Source: an uncultured Actinomycetes bacterium
Lineage (GTDB): Bacteria; Actinomycetota; Thermoleophilia; Solirubrobacterales; 70-9
Assembly (NCBI GenBank): GCA_963734405.1
Contig: CAVTGX010000004.1
Coordinates: forward strand, 101,761 to 165,760
Reading direction: 5' to 3'
Length of the DNA stretch: 64,000 nt
Positions 1 through 9,848 of this stretch are shown here, in pieces (the first letter of the stretch is position 1; every line of letters begins with the position of its first letter). The notes below the pieces were generated by a model, which was not told the DNA's origin, searched no databases, and saw nothing but the letters and a program-made list of their open reading frames with translations. Position numbers and translations under genes: made by a program.

Positions 1-200
1 GAGCCGGCGGGCGGCGGCGCGGTCGGCGTCGCCGGCGCGGACGGCGCGGGAGCCGACGCCACGCCGACGACCCGGGGGCTGACGGCGTGAGCCCCTTCGG
101 GCTTCGGAACGATCAGGGTGGCGCCGGCGGCGAGCGGCGGCAGCGCCAGGGCGAGCGCCGCGATGGCGATCGCGACCCCCGGCACACGACCCGTCCTCAC
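1..200 (-). CDS. N-terminus of an exported hypothetical protein; the gene runs off the left window edge
   Basis: GTG at 200..198 follows a GGGAGAAAGG SD-like run. Translation VRTGRVPGVAIAIAALALALPPLAAGA... looks like a signal peptide followed by a Pro/Ala-rich linker. The frame is open to the window edge. Confidence 0.3.
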   Translation of the reverse strand, partial: MRTGRVPGVAIAIAALALALPPLAAGATLIVPKPEGAHAVSPRVVGVASAPAPSAPATPTAPPPAG

Positions 201-316
201 AACGCCTTTCTCCCGCATCACGCGCATTCGCCTCCCTCGCTCGGAATTCACCGCGGGAAGGCTAGGGCCACCGGCGCCTATCTAGACGAACGTTCTGATG
301 CCCCCCTGGACGAAAA

Positions 317-390
317 AGCCCGCCGCCGGGTTCGAACCGGCAACCTCCTGATTACAAATCAGGTGCTCTCCCAGGTTGAGCTAGGCGGGC
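317..390 (-). tRNA. tRNA-Thr (anticodon UGU)
   Basis: The minus strand reads GCCCGCC-TA-GCTC..GAGC-A-CCTGA-TTTGTAA-TCAGG-AGGTT-GCCGG-TTCGAAC-CCGGC-GGCGGGC-T. This is a full cloverleaf with a 7-bp acceptor, a TTCGAAC T-loop and anticodon TGT. CCA is not encoded. Confidence 0.9.
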
Positions 391-411
391 GGGGTGGCGA
401 ATGATGGCGGG

Positions 412-1469
412 ATGGACGTGAGGTTCAGATTCCTCGGGCCCGACCGAGGGTACCGTGCTGACCGAGGCGATCGAAGCCGCCTACGGGAACACCTACGACG
501 TCCGCTGGGTCTACGACGCCGCCGAGGTATCCGCCCGCCTGGCCGACGGCCGCTACGTCTCCTGCGTCGCCGAGACCGCCGAGGGCGAGCTGCTCTGCCA
601 CGAGGGGATGAGCCTGGCGGCGGCCGGGCGACGCGGTCGCGCACTCCGGCCAGGCGGTGACGCTGCCGGCCGCGCGCGGCCAGCACCTCTTCACCCGCGA
701 CCAAGCGCTTCCTGATGGACTGGGCCCGGGAGCGAGGGCCTGGCCGGGATGTTCAGCGAGGCGACCGCCGCCCACCCCTACAGCCAGCGGGCCAACGTCG
801 AGCTCGGCGCCCACGAGACCGGCTTCCTGCTCGGCTGGATCCCGGCCTCGGTCGCCAACGACGCGGCCGCCGGCGCGCCGCGCGCGGCGCCAGTCGGCGG
901 CGCTCTTCTACACGAAGCTGAACGACGGCCACGAGCGCGCGGTCTACGCGCCCGAGCGCCACCACGAGATCGTCGGCCGGACGCTGGAGCTGTGCGAGCT
1001 GCGCGGGCGGCTCGGCGGCGCCGCCCGCCGGGGCCGAGCTGGCCGAGCCGGACCGAGCTGCACGTCGAGGTCGACCCCGACCACAACCTGGCGCTGATCA
1101 CCGTTCGAGACGCCCGGCGCCGACCTCGAGGAGGCGATCGCCGCCGAGCGCCACCACCTCTTCCACCGCGCCGGCCTCGACGCGATCTACGTCGACCTGC
1201 CGCTGGAGACGCCGGCGACGGCCCTCGTCGCCGACCACCTCGAGCGGCTCGGCGTCTCCTACGCCGGCGTCTTCCCCAACCGCCGCACCGACGGCGACGT
1301 GCTGCGGATGCAGTCGCTGCACCGGGTCCGAGTCAAGGCCGACGACATCGCCGTCGCCTCGGACCACGGGCGCGAGCTGCTCGAGTACGTGCTGGCCGAC
1401 CTGCCCGCAGTCAGCGCCCTACAGCCGCCACCTCGCGCGAGGCCAGGTGGGTGCCGACCTTGCGCTTGA
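412..1469 (+). CDS. Two-domain GNAT-like acetyltransferase-family protein; reading frame broken several times in this sequence
   Basis: Protein-like text continues across three plus frames: MDVRFRFLGP / LTEAIEAAYGNTYDVRWVYDAAEV..VAETAEGELLCHEGMS / FSEATAAHPYSQRANVELGAHETGFLLGWIP / ALFYTKLNDGHERAVYAPERHHEIVGRTLELC / DAIYVDLPLETPATALVADHLERLGVSYAGVFPNRRTDGDVLRMQSL. The family call is from memory only. The 3' end is uncertain. Confidence 0.35.
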
Positions 1470-2096
1470 CCCGCTGCAGGGCGTTGTCGACGGTCTTCGT
1501 GTCGCACTCGAGCCGCTCGGCGATCGCCTCGTAGGAGTGGCCGTCGAGGTAGAGCGAGAGGACCCGGCTCTCGAGGTCGGAGAGCACGCCGGAGACGCCG
1601 GAGAGGCAGGAGACGAGGCTCGCCAGCTCTTCGGTCGGCGATCACCTGGTTGACCGGGTCGTGGACGCTCGGCCCGGGCAGGATCTCGTCGAGGGTCGTT
1701 TCGGAGTCGCCCGGCCGCGGCCGGGGTCTGGCTGAAGGAGACGTACTGGTTGAGCGGCGTGTGCTTGTTGCGGGTCGCGGTCTTCACCGCGGTGATGATC
1801 TGGCGGGTGATGCAGAGCTCGGCGAAGTTGCGGAAGCTCGACTCGCGGTCGGTCCGGTAGTCGCGGATCGCCTTGTAGAGGCCGAGCAGGCCCTCCTGGA
1901 TCAGGTCGTCGGACTCGCCGCCGAGCAGGAAGTAGGAGGAGGCCTTGAGCCGGACGAAGCCGCGGTAGCGGCGGACGATCATGTCGTAGGCGTCGGGCCT
2001 GCCGTCCTTGGCGAGGGCGACCAGATAGTGATCATCAAGCTCAGCTTGAGGGTTAGCTTGATGCGCGCGGCGCTGGGCGGCCGCGCGGGAGCGCAT
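1411..2096 (-). CDS. sigH: SigH-type sigma-70 family sigma factor (Bacillus SigH-like); at least 2 frame breaks in the C-terminal half
   Basis: The N-terminal 130 aa are colinear with the SigH region-2 signature (YRGFVRLKASSYFLLGGESDDLIQEGLLGLYKAIRDYRTDRESSFRNFAELCITRQIITAVKTATRNKHTPLN). Region 4 (LSDLESRVLSLYLDGHSYEAIAERLECDTKTVDNALQRVKRKV) continues in other frames, with breaks near 1637 and 1715. It occupies the conserved position next to rlmB-cysS. Confidence 0.75.
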
Positions 2097-2231
2097 TCCT
2101 GCGTAGGCGTAGATAGAGCCACAGATCCTTCTCCTTGCTGAAGGGTCGTGGCGCCGCTTACCTCCCCCGAGGCGCCTCTTATCGACGGGCTACCTCAGAC
2201 TCAAGCTGAGGTTCACCCTTGTTGCGGCGCG

Positions 2232-2259
2232 AGTTTACGGCCGAGCAGAGTTCTGTCAA
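2232..2259 (-). promoter_or_regulatory. Candidate sigma-70-type promoter for the sigH-like gene
   Basis: The minus strand reads TTGACA (2259..2254), a 16-nt spacer, then TAAACT (2237..2232), about 135 nt upstream of the start. Prediction from sequence only. Confidence 0.35.
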
Positions 2260-2320
2260 CCCCAAATTGCGACTTTTGCAACCGCCGTTGCATGTGCATC
2301 GCCTGCCGGACCGGGCCGGC

Positions 2321-2979
2321 TCAGCCGCGCTGGCGGAGCGCCTCGAAGAGCAGCGCGGTCGCCGCCGCGGAGACGTTCAGCGACTCGACCCTGCCGTGCC
2401 GGGGCAGGGCCACCAGGCCGTCGCAGGCGGCGGCGACGCGCGGGCGCAGGCCCTTGCCCTCGCCGCCGAGGACGAGCACGGTCGGGCCGGCCGAGGTCGA
2501 CCCCCCACGGCGTCGGCGTCGGCCTCGGCGTCGGCGCCCCAGATCCAGAAGCCCGCCTCCTTGGCCTCGGCCAGCCAGTCGGCGAGGTTGCGGACGTGGG
2601 CGACCGGCGAGGTGCTCGACCGCGCCGGCCGAGGCCTTGCAGGCGACCGCGGTGACCGCGGCGGCGCGGCGCTCGGGGACGACCACCCCGGCGGCGCCGG
2701 CGAACTCGGCCGAGCGGCAGACGGCGCCGAGGTTGCGCGGGTCCTGAACCTGGTCGAGCGCGACGAGCAGCGGCGCCTCGCCCGCGCAGCAGCGCCGCGC
2801 GGGTCCCCGTACGGGTAGGGATCGACCTCGGCGACGACGCCCTGGTGGTCGGGCGAGCCGCAGAGCCGCTCCAGCTCCGCCGCCGGCGTCTCCGGCGCCC
2901 GCCAGACCCGGTGCACGCGCCGCCTGCCCCGTTCGGCCTCGGCGACGGGCCGGCGGCCGTAGATGATCTGGCTCGCCAT
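2321..2979 (-). CDS. rlmB: TrmH/SpoU-family 23S rRNA 2'-O-methyltransferase (RlmB-like); frame-broken
   Basis: N-terminus MASQIIYGRRPVAEA..; SpoU motifs (DQVQDPRNLGA in an alternate frame, VLVLGGEGKGLRP, LPRHGRVESLNVSAAATALLFE) are spread over three minus frames. It lies directly downstream of cysS, as in Bacillus. Confidence 0.75.
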
Positions 2980-4387
2980 CTAGGCCTTGGGGACGAGCGT
3001 CGGCCCGTCGGCGGAGTCGCGGACCGTCCCACCCCAGCTCGGCCAGCTCGGTCGCGAATCTCGTCGGCGCGCCCGAAGTCCTTCGCCGCCCGAGCCTCCT
3101 CCCGCTCGGCCATCAGCCCCTCGGCCTCGGTCATCGGCCGCCGCCCTCGACCGTCGGCCAAGCGATCCGAGCCCGACCAGCTCCAGCATCTCCGACACGA
3201 CCTCCGACGCCCCAGGCAACCTCCCCCCGATTCGCTTCCCCCACCAGCTCAAACACCTCAGCCATCGCCCTCGGCGTATTGAAGTCGTCAGCCAGCGCAT
3301 CGCGGAAAGCTCTCCAGCGCACCGCCGGCGGAGAGTCCGGGGGGGTCTCGCCGGAGCCTCCCCGCTGTTGCTCCGACGAGGCCCCCCCGGACTCTCCCCC
3401 GACCGGATGCTCTCTGAAGAAATTCCGCAACCGCTCGACCTGCGCCACCGCCTGCTCCATCTGGTCCGGCCCCGAACGCCAGCGGCTGCCGGTAGTGCCC
3501 GGAGATCAGGTAGGCGACGACCGCCTCGCGCCCGTAGCGGTCGAGCGCCTCGGAGAGCTGGAAGATGTTGCCCTCCGATTTCGACATCTTCTCCGCGTCG
3601 GTCTCGACCATCCCGTTGTGCATCCAGATCCGCGCGAACGGCCGGCCGGCCGCCTCGGACTGGGCGATCTCGTTCTCGTGGTGGGGGAAGACGAGGTCCG
3701 AGCCGCCGCCGTGGATCGCGAAGGAGGCGCCCCAGCTCGCGCTCGGCCATCACCGAGCACTCGATGTGCCAGGCGGGCCGGCCGGGGCCCCAGGGCGAGT
3801 CCCAGCTGGTGTCCTCGCCCTCCTTGGTCGCCTTCCAGAGGGCGAAGTCGAGCCGGCTCCTCCTTGAGCGAGGCCGAGCCCGCCTCCTCGCCCTGGTCCA
3901 TGTCCTCCGGGCGGCGGTTGGAGAGCTTGCCGTAGCCGTCGAAGCTGCGCGACCCGGAAGTAGACGTCGCCGCCCGACTCGTAGGCGTGCCCGGCCTCGA
4001 CCAGGTCCGCGATCAGGGCGACGATCCCGTCGATCGTCTCGGTCGCCAGCGGCTCGGCGTCGGGGCGGCCGAGGCCGAGCCGGTCGGTGTCCTCGATGTA
4101 GGCGCGGTCATCCGCGCCGCGAACTCGGCCGAGGGCTCCCCCGCCTCGCGCGGCCGCCGCGGTAGATCTTGTCGTTGATGTCGGTGACGTTGACGACCAG
4201 CTTCGCCGGGTAGCCCTCGGAGCGCAGGAAGCGGGCGCAGCAGCGAGAAGACGACGAAGGGGCGGGCGTTGCCGATGTGGATGCGGCTGTAGACGGTCGG
4301 GCCGCAGGCGTAGATCCCGACCTCCCCGCCGGGGTCGAGCGGCCGCGGCTCGCCGCTGAGCGTGTCCCTGATCCTCACCTCGCGCAT
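2980..4387 (-). CDS. cysS: Cysteine--tRNA ligase; at least 5 frame breaks in this sequence
   Basis: HIGH motif ([16 protein letters not shown]), the [16 protein letters not shown] zinc-site region, [13 protein letters not shown] and KMSKSEGN (KMSKS), and the [12 protein letters not shown] anticodon-binding region are all present, but distributed over all three minus frames. Confidence 0.85.
3330..3397. repeat. 68-bp inverted repeat (perfect 16-bp arms) inside the cysS coding region
   Basis: GGAGAGTCCGGGGGGG (3330..3345) and CCCCCCCGGACTCTCC (3382..3397) are exact reverse complements. The 36-nt spacer is itself partly self-complementary (CTCGCCGGAGC / GCTCCGACGAG). Confidence 0.8.
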
Positions 4388-5277
4388 GCGAGGCTGAGGT
4401 TAGAAGCGTCCGGTAGCCGGCCGTCGAGGCCGCGGACTCGCGGCGCAGCCAGGTCGGCGCGGTCTCCTCGGCCGCCGCCTGGGCCTCGCGCCTGGCGCGC
4501 TTGACGCTCGCCTCGATCTCCTCCTCGGTCGCCTCGCGCGCGCGCTCCTCGCGCCGCTCGGCCTGGATCCGGATCCGGTCGGACTCGACCTGCAGCTGAT
4601 CCTCGGCGCGGGCGCGCGCCGCCTCCTCGGCCTCGCGCTCGACCTTCTCGACCAGCTTGCGGACGCTCTCCTCGGCCTCGCGGCGCACCTCCTCGGTCCC
4701 CTCCATCACCCGCCGCTCGATCTCGGTCTCCAGCCGCACCGCGGTCTCGTGCGACTCCGCGGCGGCGGCCTCGGCGTCGGCGGCGCGCTGCTCGGCCGCG
4801 GCGATGCGCCGGTCGGCCTCGGCCTCGATCTCCTCGCGCGCCTCGCGCGACCCGCCGCTCGACCTCGCTCTCGATGTTGCGCGGACGCCTCGGCGATCGT
4901 GCGGTCGGCGTCGGCCTGGCGTCTCGGCGACGTGGACGAGCCATCGCCTCGCGCTCGAGCTGGGCGCGCCGCTGGAGCTCCTCGAAGGCCTTCTCGGCGC
5001 GGTCGCGGGCCTCCTCGGCGCCGGCGAGGCGGCGACTCGGCCGCGCGCCTGCGCCTCGCGCTCGGCGGCGATCCGCTGGCGGGCCTCGGCCGAGACCTCG
5101 CGCAGGGTCCCCATCGCCCGCTCCTTCAGCTCCGCGCGGACCTTCTCGGCGCGCGCCTCGGCGGCGGCGACCCGCTCCTCGCTGACGCTGGACCCACTCC
5201 AGCGCCTGCTCGGCGACGCCGTGCATGTTCTCGGTGGCCTCTCCGACTTCGCGCAACTGCCTCGCTGGGTCGCTCAT
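4375..5277 (-). CDS. Hypothetical Glu/Ala/Arg-rich coiled-coil protein; frame-broken, 3' end uncertain
   Basis: N-terminus [28 protein letters not shown]. Long heptad-like stretches ([82 protein letters not shown]) continue in a second minus frame. Confidence 0.35.
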   Translation of the reverse strand: MSDPARQLREVGEATENMHGVAEQALEWVQRQRGAGRRRRGARREGPRGAEGAGDGDPARGLGRGPPADRRRARGAGARPSRRLAGAEEARDRAEKAFEELQRRAQLEREAMARPRRRDARPTPTARSPRRPRNIESEVERRVARGARGDRGRGRPAHRRGRAARRRRRGRRRGVARDRGAAGDRDRAAGDGGDRGGAPRGRGERPQAGREGRARGRGGGARPRRGSAAGRVRPDPDPGRAARGARARGDRGGDRGERQARQARGPGGGRGDRADLAAPRVRGLDGRLPDASNLSLACAR

Positions 5278-5365
5278 GCCATCCGCAACCTACTATGGGC
5301 GGAGGAGGATTCCGGCCCCCGCCGCGACCGTAAAGCCCGCAATTTGCGCTGGGCGCTGAAAGACC

Positions 5366-7026
5366 TTAGAGCGGTTGGCTCGTCTCGCGCGCGTGCAGCT
5401 CGCGCTTCAGCACCTTGCCGGTCGCGTTGCGCGGCAGCTCGGCCGAGGAACTCGACCTCGCGCGGGGCCTTGAAGCCGGCCAGGTTGGCCTTGACGTGGG
5501 ACGTTCAACTCCGCGTCGGAGACCTCGACCCCGGCCTCGAGCACGACGAAGGCCTTCAACCGCTGCCCGAACTCGTCGTCCTCGACCCCGATCACGGCCA
5601 CCTCGACGACCGCCTCGAGGTCGGCGAGCAGGTCCTCGACCTCGCGCGGGAAGACGTTCTCGCCGCCGGAGACGATCATCTCGTCGTCGCGCCCGTCGAC
5701 GAAGAGCCGCCCGTCGGAGTCGATGTGGCCGACGTCGCCGCTGGAGAGCAGGCCGTCGATCGACTCCTTGCCGCCGCCGCCGGTGTAGCCCTCGAACGAC
5801 ATGTCGTTGCCGACGAAGATGCGACCGACCTCGCCCTGCGGGACCTCTCGCCCATCCTCGTCGTAGAGGCGGACCACGGTGCCCCGCGGGGGCCGGCCGG
5901 CGGTGCCCGGCGCGGCGCGCAGGTCGCGCGGCGTCGCGACGCTCGCGTAGGCGACCTCGGTCGAGCCGTAGAGGTTGTAGATGGTGTCGCCGAAGCGGTC
6001 CATCCACTCGATCGCCAGCTCGCCCGGGCAGGGCCGAGCCCGAGAGCGAGGTGATCCGCAGCGAGGAGAGGTCGTAGGAGTCCAGGGTCTCCTCGGGCAG
6101 GTCGAGGATCCGCTGGATCATCACCGGCACCGCCGCCAGCACCTGGGCGCGGCTGCGCTCGCACCGCGCGCAGGGTGTCCTCGGGGTCGAAGCGGCGCCG
6201 CAGCACCAGGGTCGAGGCGGTCGGCAGGCTCATGACGAAGTGGAAGAAGCCCCAGGAGTGAAAGAGCGGCGCCGCGACCATCATCGTCTCGCGGGCGCGG
6301 AAGGGGATCCTGTCGATCAGCGCCGCGAGGGTGAAGAGGCCGTCGGGGCTGGTGCGCTGGGCGCCCTTCGGGGTGCCGGTGGTGCCGGAGGTGAGGATGA
6401 CGAAGCGCGGCTTGTCCGGCGGCGGGCGCAGGTCGGAGTCCTCGCCGGCGGCGATCAGCCGCTCGAGGCGTCGGTCTGGGCGGGGGCCTCGCTCTCGGTC
6501 CAGGCGACGATCCGCGCCACCGACTCGTCGACCCCCTCCAGCAGCTCGGCGAACTCCTCGTCGTAGACGAGCGCCTTCGGCCCCTCGCGGCGGGTCACCT
6601 CGGCCAGCTGCGGCCCGGCGAACATCGTGTTCAGGTAGAGGGCGCCGGCGCCGAGCTTGGCCGCCGCCAGGGTCGCCTCGATGAAGCCGCGGTGGTTGCG
6701 GCACATGATCCCGACCCCGTCGCCGTAGCCGATCCCCATCTCCGCGAGGGAGTGGGCGAGCGCGTTGGAGCGCCGGTGCAGCCGCTCGAAGCTGAGCGAG
6801 CCGCGTTCGTCGATCAGGGCGATCTCGTGCGGGTGGTGGATCGCCGCGGTGGCGATCCCGGTCGCCGGAGACGCGCCCCAGCGCAGGAAGGTCGAGCCGA
6901 CCCTGCACCGCCTTGTCGGGGCGCATCGGGGCGAGGATCGCCGGCCTCGCGCAGCACCCTCGCCTCGAACAGCGAGTCGGCGGCCGAGGCACGCAGTTTC
7001 GACGTAGCGGAGCTAAGGATCCCCAT
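5366..7026 (-). CDS. AMP-dependent acyl-CoA synthetase/ligase (FadD-like); frame-broken
   Basis: Motifs seen: AMP-binding TSGTTGTPKGA, YGSTE, GDVGHIDSDGRLFVDGRDDEMIVSGGENVFP, and C-terminal PRNATGKVLKRELH. The N-terminal and central parts sit in other minus frames. Confidence 0.75.
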
Positions 7027-7037
7027 CGAACGGAAGA

Positions 7038-7491
7038 CTATTCGCTCTTCAGCATGGCCACGGCGATGCAGGCGATGCCCTCGCCGCGGCCGATCCAGCC
7101 CATCCCCTCGTTGCGTCGTCGCCTTCACGTTGACCCGTGCCGAGGTGGCGTCGGCGAGCGTGCGCTCCATCTCGGCGCGGTGGGGGCCGAGGCGCGGCTG
7201 CTCGCAGATCAGGGTCGCGTCGACGTTGACGATCGAGCCGCCGATCGTGCCGACGACCGTGCGCAGCATGTCGATCGAGTCGGCGTCGCGCCAGCGCTCG
7301 TCGTCGTCGGGGAACATGGTGCCGATGTCGCCGCCGCCGGCGGCGCCGAGGATCGCGTCGATCACGGCGTGGGTGAGGACGTCGGCGTCGGAGTGGCCGT
7401 CGAGTCCGCGCTCGTGCTCGATCTCGACCCCGCCGAGGACGAGCCGGCGGCCGGGGGCGAAGCGGTGGCTGTCGTAGCCGATCCCGACCAC
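7038..7491 (-). CDS. ispF: 2-C-methyl-D-erythritol 2,4-cyclodiphosphate synthase; one frame break near 7115
   Basis: MVGIGYDSHRF..GHSDADVLTHAVIDAILGA..IGTMFPDDDERWRDADS..NVDATLICEQPRLGPH. The C-terminus (..EGMGWIGRGEGIACIAVAMLKSE) continues in another frame. Confidence 0.85.
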
Positions 7492-7492
7492 G

Positions 7493-8339
7493 TCAACCGA
7501 CCCGGCTGCGGGCGAGCGGCGCGAGGCTGCGCCGGCGGCGCTCGAAGACGCAGATCTCCCCCACCCCGAGGCTGTCGAGGAACTCGATCGCGCGGTCGTA
7601 GGCGAAGCCGACCTGCTCGGGCAGGTGGGCGTCGGAGGAGAGCGCGAAGGGCGCGCCGGCCTCGACGCACATCTCGGCGAAGGCCCGCGCCGGGTAGAGC
7701 TCGCCGACCGGCTTGCGCAGCCCCGCGGTCGAGATCTCGACCGCGATCCCGCTTTCTGCGATCGCCTCCACGGCGGGCTCGTAGAAGTGGCGCAGGTCGC
7801 GGCTCGGCAGCGGCCGGGCCGAGCCCCAGACCTTGACCAGGTCGGGGTGGGCGAGGATGTCGAAGAGGCCGCTGCGCGCGCACCCGGCGAGCGCCTCGAA
7901 GTAACGGCGCCAGATCTCGTCGGGGTCGCCGTCGCCCTCCCAGACGTCCCAGCCCTCGTGGTCGACGGCGGCGTCGCCCTCGCCGACGAAGTGGACCGAG
8001 CCGACGACGTAGTCGAACTCGCGCGCCGCCAGAAGCGCGGCGGTGCGCTCCTCCGCGCCGGGGACGAAGTCGCACTCGATCCCCAGCTTCAGCGGGGTGC
8101 CGCGCACGAACTCGCAGTAGGCGTCGAGATCGTCGGTCGCGTTTTCGACCCAGAGTGGGTGGCGCCAGAGCTCCAGCGCCGCCCGGAAGCGGTAGACGTG
8201 CTCGGAGACGCCCAGCTCCTCGATCGCCGGCCGCGGCCGCGGCGGCCAGGTAGCGGTCCACGTTCCCGGCGGTGAAGGAGCGCTCTGCCGGAAGGCCGTC
8301 GTCGTCGGGGCGCAGGTGCAGGTGGTAGTCGGTCAGCAT
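7493..8339 (-). CDS. PHP-family histidinol-phosphatase-like protein; one frame break near 8225
   Basis: N-terminus MLTDYHLHLRPDD (PHP His motif). Then GIECDF, VGSVHFV, FDILAHPDLVK and ALSSDAHLPEQVG, typical of HisJ/HisK-type PHP phosphatases. Confidence 0.65.
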
Positions 8340-8368
8340 CCCCAGGCAGCCTAGACTTCCCCGGCCCG

Positions 8369-8521
8369 ATGGCGCGCCGTCAGCTACTCATCCTCCTCCT
8401 CGCCTTCGCCGCCGGGACCGCGCTCGCGGGCCTGTTCGGCGCGGTCAGCCTCGGCGTCGCCCTCGGGGTCGGCCAGCTCTGCTTCGCCGGCACCCTGGTC
8501 TGGGTGCTGCTGAGGGACTGA
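8369..8521 (+). CDS. Possible 50-aa small membrane protein
   Basis: ATG..TGA ORF encoding MARRQLLILLLAFAAGTALAGLFGAVSLGVALGVGQLCFAGTLVWVLLRD, two hydrophobic segments. It fills the gap between two minus-strand genes. No homology evidence. Confidence 0.25.
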   Translation: MARRQLLILLLAFAAGTALAGLFGAVSLGVALGVGQLCFAGTLVWVLLRD

Positions 8522-8524
8522 GGA

Positions 8525-9248
8525 TCAGCCGCGCTCGGCCAGCAGCAGCTCGGCCACGCGCAGGTCCAGCGGCGTGGTCACCTTGAGGTTCTCCCCCCGC
8601 ACCGGGTGGATCAGGACCGTGCCGCCGGCCGCCTCGACCAGCATCGCCTCGTCGGTCGCCTCCTCGGGATTCGCCGCCTCCGCCAGCGCCTCCCGCAGCG
8701 CCTCGGTCCGGAACACCTGAGGCGTCTGCGCCGCCCAGAGCCGTCCCCGATCCAACGTCTCCTCGACGACGAGGACTGCATTCGACACCTCTACGGTGGT
8801 CGCAGTCCTCGTCGCGCCGGCGGTCCCGCTCGCGCCAGCGACCCGCTTGATCGTGTCGGTCACCGGCACCGCGGCGATCGCGCCGGCGGCCTCGGGGTTG
8901 GCGTCGAGTTCGGCGACGAGCGCCTCGACCAGGTCGGGGGTCAGCAACGGCCGGGCGGCGTCGTGGATGGCGACCAGGCCGGTGCCCACCGCGGCCAGCG
9001 CGTTCGCCACCGACTGGGCGCGGGTGGCGCCGCCGGGGACGACGCCGAGGTCGTGGCCGCCGAGGTCGTGGACGTGCCCGGGCGGGGCGGCGACGACGAT
9101 CGAGCGCACGGCCTCGCACGCCCGGAAGGCGTCGATCGACCACTCGACCATCGGCCTCCCCGCCAGCGGCACGAAGGCCTTCGGGCCGCCGGCTCCGAGG
9201 CGATCTCCGGAGCCGGCGGCCGCGATGACCGCGGTTGCCGCTGGCGCT
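8525..9248 (-). CDS. ispD: 2-C-methyl-D-erythritol 4-phosphate cytidylyltransferase; start codon unresolved
   Basis: AVIAAAGSGDRLGAGGPKAFVPLAGRPMVEWS..VAIHDAARPL..IAAVPVTDTIK..LWAAQTPQVF..LIHPVRGENLKVTTPLDL. No canonical start lies between the GxG motif and the carD stop at 9249. Confidence 0.85.
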
Positions 9249-9833
9249 CTAGGCGGTCGCCGTGGCGGCGAAGCGCTCCTCCAGCAGGCCGTCGAGGTAC
9301 TCCTCCGCGCCGTCCTCGTCCTTGTCGAGCGCGTACATGAACTCCGAGGCGAGGATCTTCTTCGCCCGCGTGTACATCTGCTTCTCGCCGGTGGAGAGTC
9401 CCTTCTCCATCTCGCGGATCGCCAGGTTGCGAACCACCTCGGCGAGCTCGAAGACATCGCCCGTCTTGATCTTCTCGCGGTTGTACTTGAAGCGCCGGTT
9501 CCAGTTCTTCGGCATCTCGGACACGTCGTCGGTGAGGACAGCTGTGACCTTCTTGATTTCTTCCTCGTCGATGACCCGTCGCAGACCGGCCTTGCCCGCG
9601 TTTTCGCAGGGGACCATCACCGTGAGCTCGTTGTGGAGGATTTTGATCGTGAGGTATTCACGCTCGCTCCCCATCAGCTCGCGGGTCTCTTTCGTCAGCA
9701 CCAGGCCAGCCCCGTGGTGGGGGTAGACGACCTTGTCGCCCTCCTCGAAGTCGCAGACGTATTCCGCGTCCTCCTCGAAGACTGATTCCATTGCCTCGTC
9801 TAGCTCGGAAATCGGTGGCTCCTTTCTTTCCAT
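9249..9833 (-). CDS. carD: CarD-family transcriptional regulator
   Basis: FEEGDKVVYPHHGAGLVL..REYLTIKILHNELTVMVP..GLRRVIDEEEI..NWNRRFKYNREKIKTGD..EVVRNLAIRE. An alternative start (MESVF) is at 9791. Confidence 0.9.
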   Translation of the reverse strand: MERKEPPISELDEAMESVFEEDAEYVCDFEEGDKVVYPHHGAGLVLTKETRELMGSEREYLTIKILHNELTVMVPCENAGKAGLRRVIDEEEIKKVTAVLTDDVSEMPKNWNRRFKYNREKIKTGDVFELAEVVRNLAIREMEKGLSTGEKQMYTRAKKILASEFMYALDKDEDGAEEYLDGLLEERFAATATA

Positions 9834-9848
9834 GACGGCGGGATGCCG

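Noticed and set aside
87-404. 105-aa plus ORF covering the tRNA-Thr locus
   Set aside because: It overlaps a well-formed tRNA on the opposite strand, and the translation is low-complexity Arg/Gly-rich.
2980-4387. Programmed ribosomal frameshifting or genuine pseudogenisation of cysS
   Set aside because: There are multiple shifts in both directions without slippery-site logic. Neighbouring unrelated genes are also broken, while adjacent regions are clean. Sequence error is the simpler explanation, though it is unverified.
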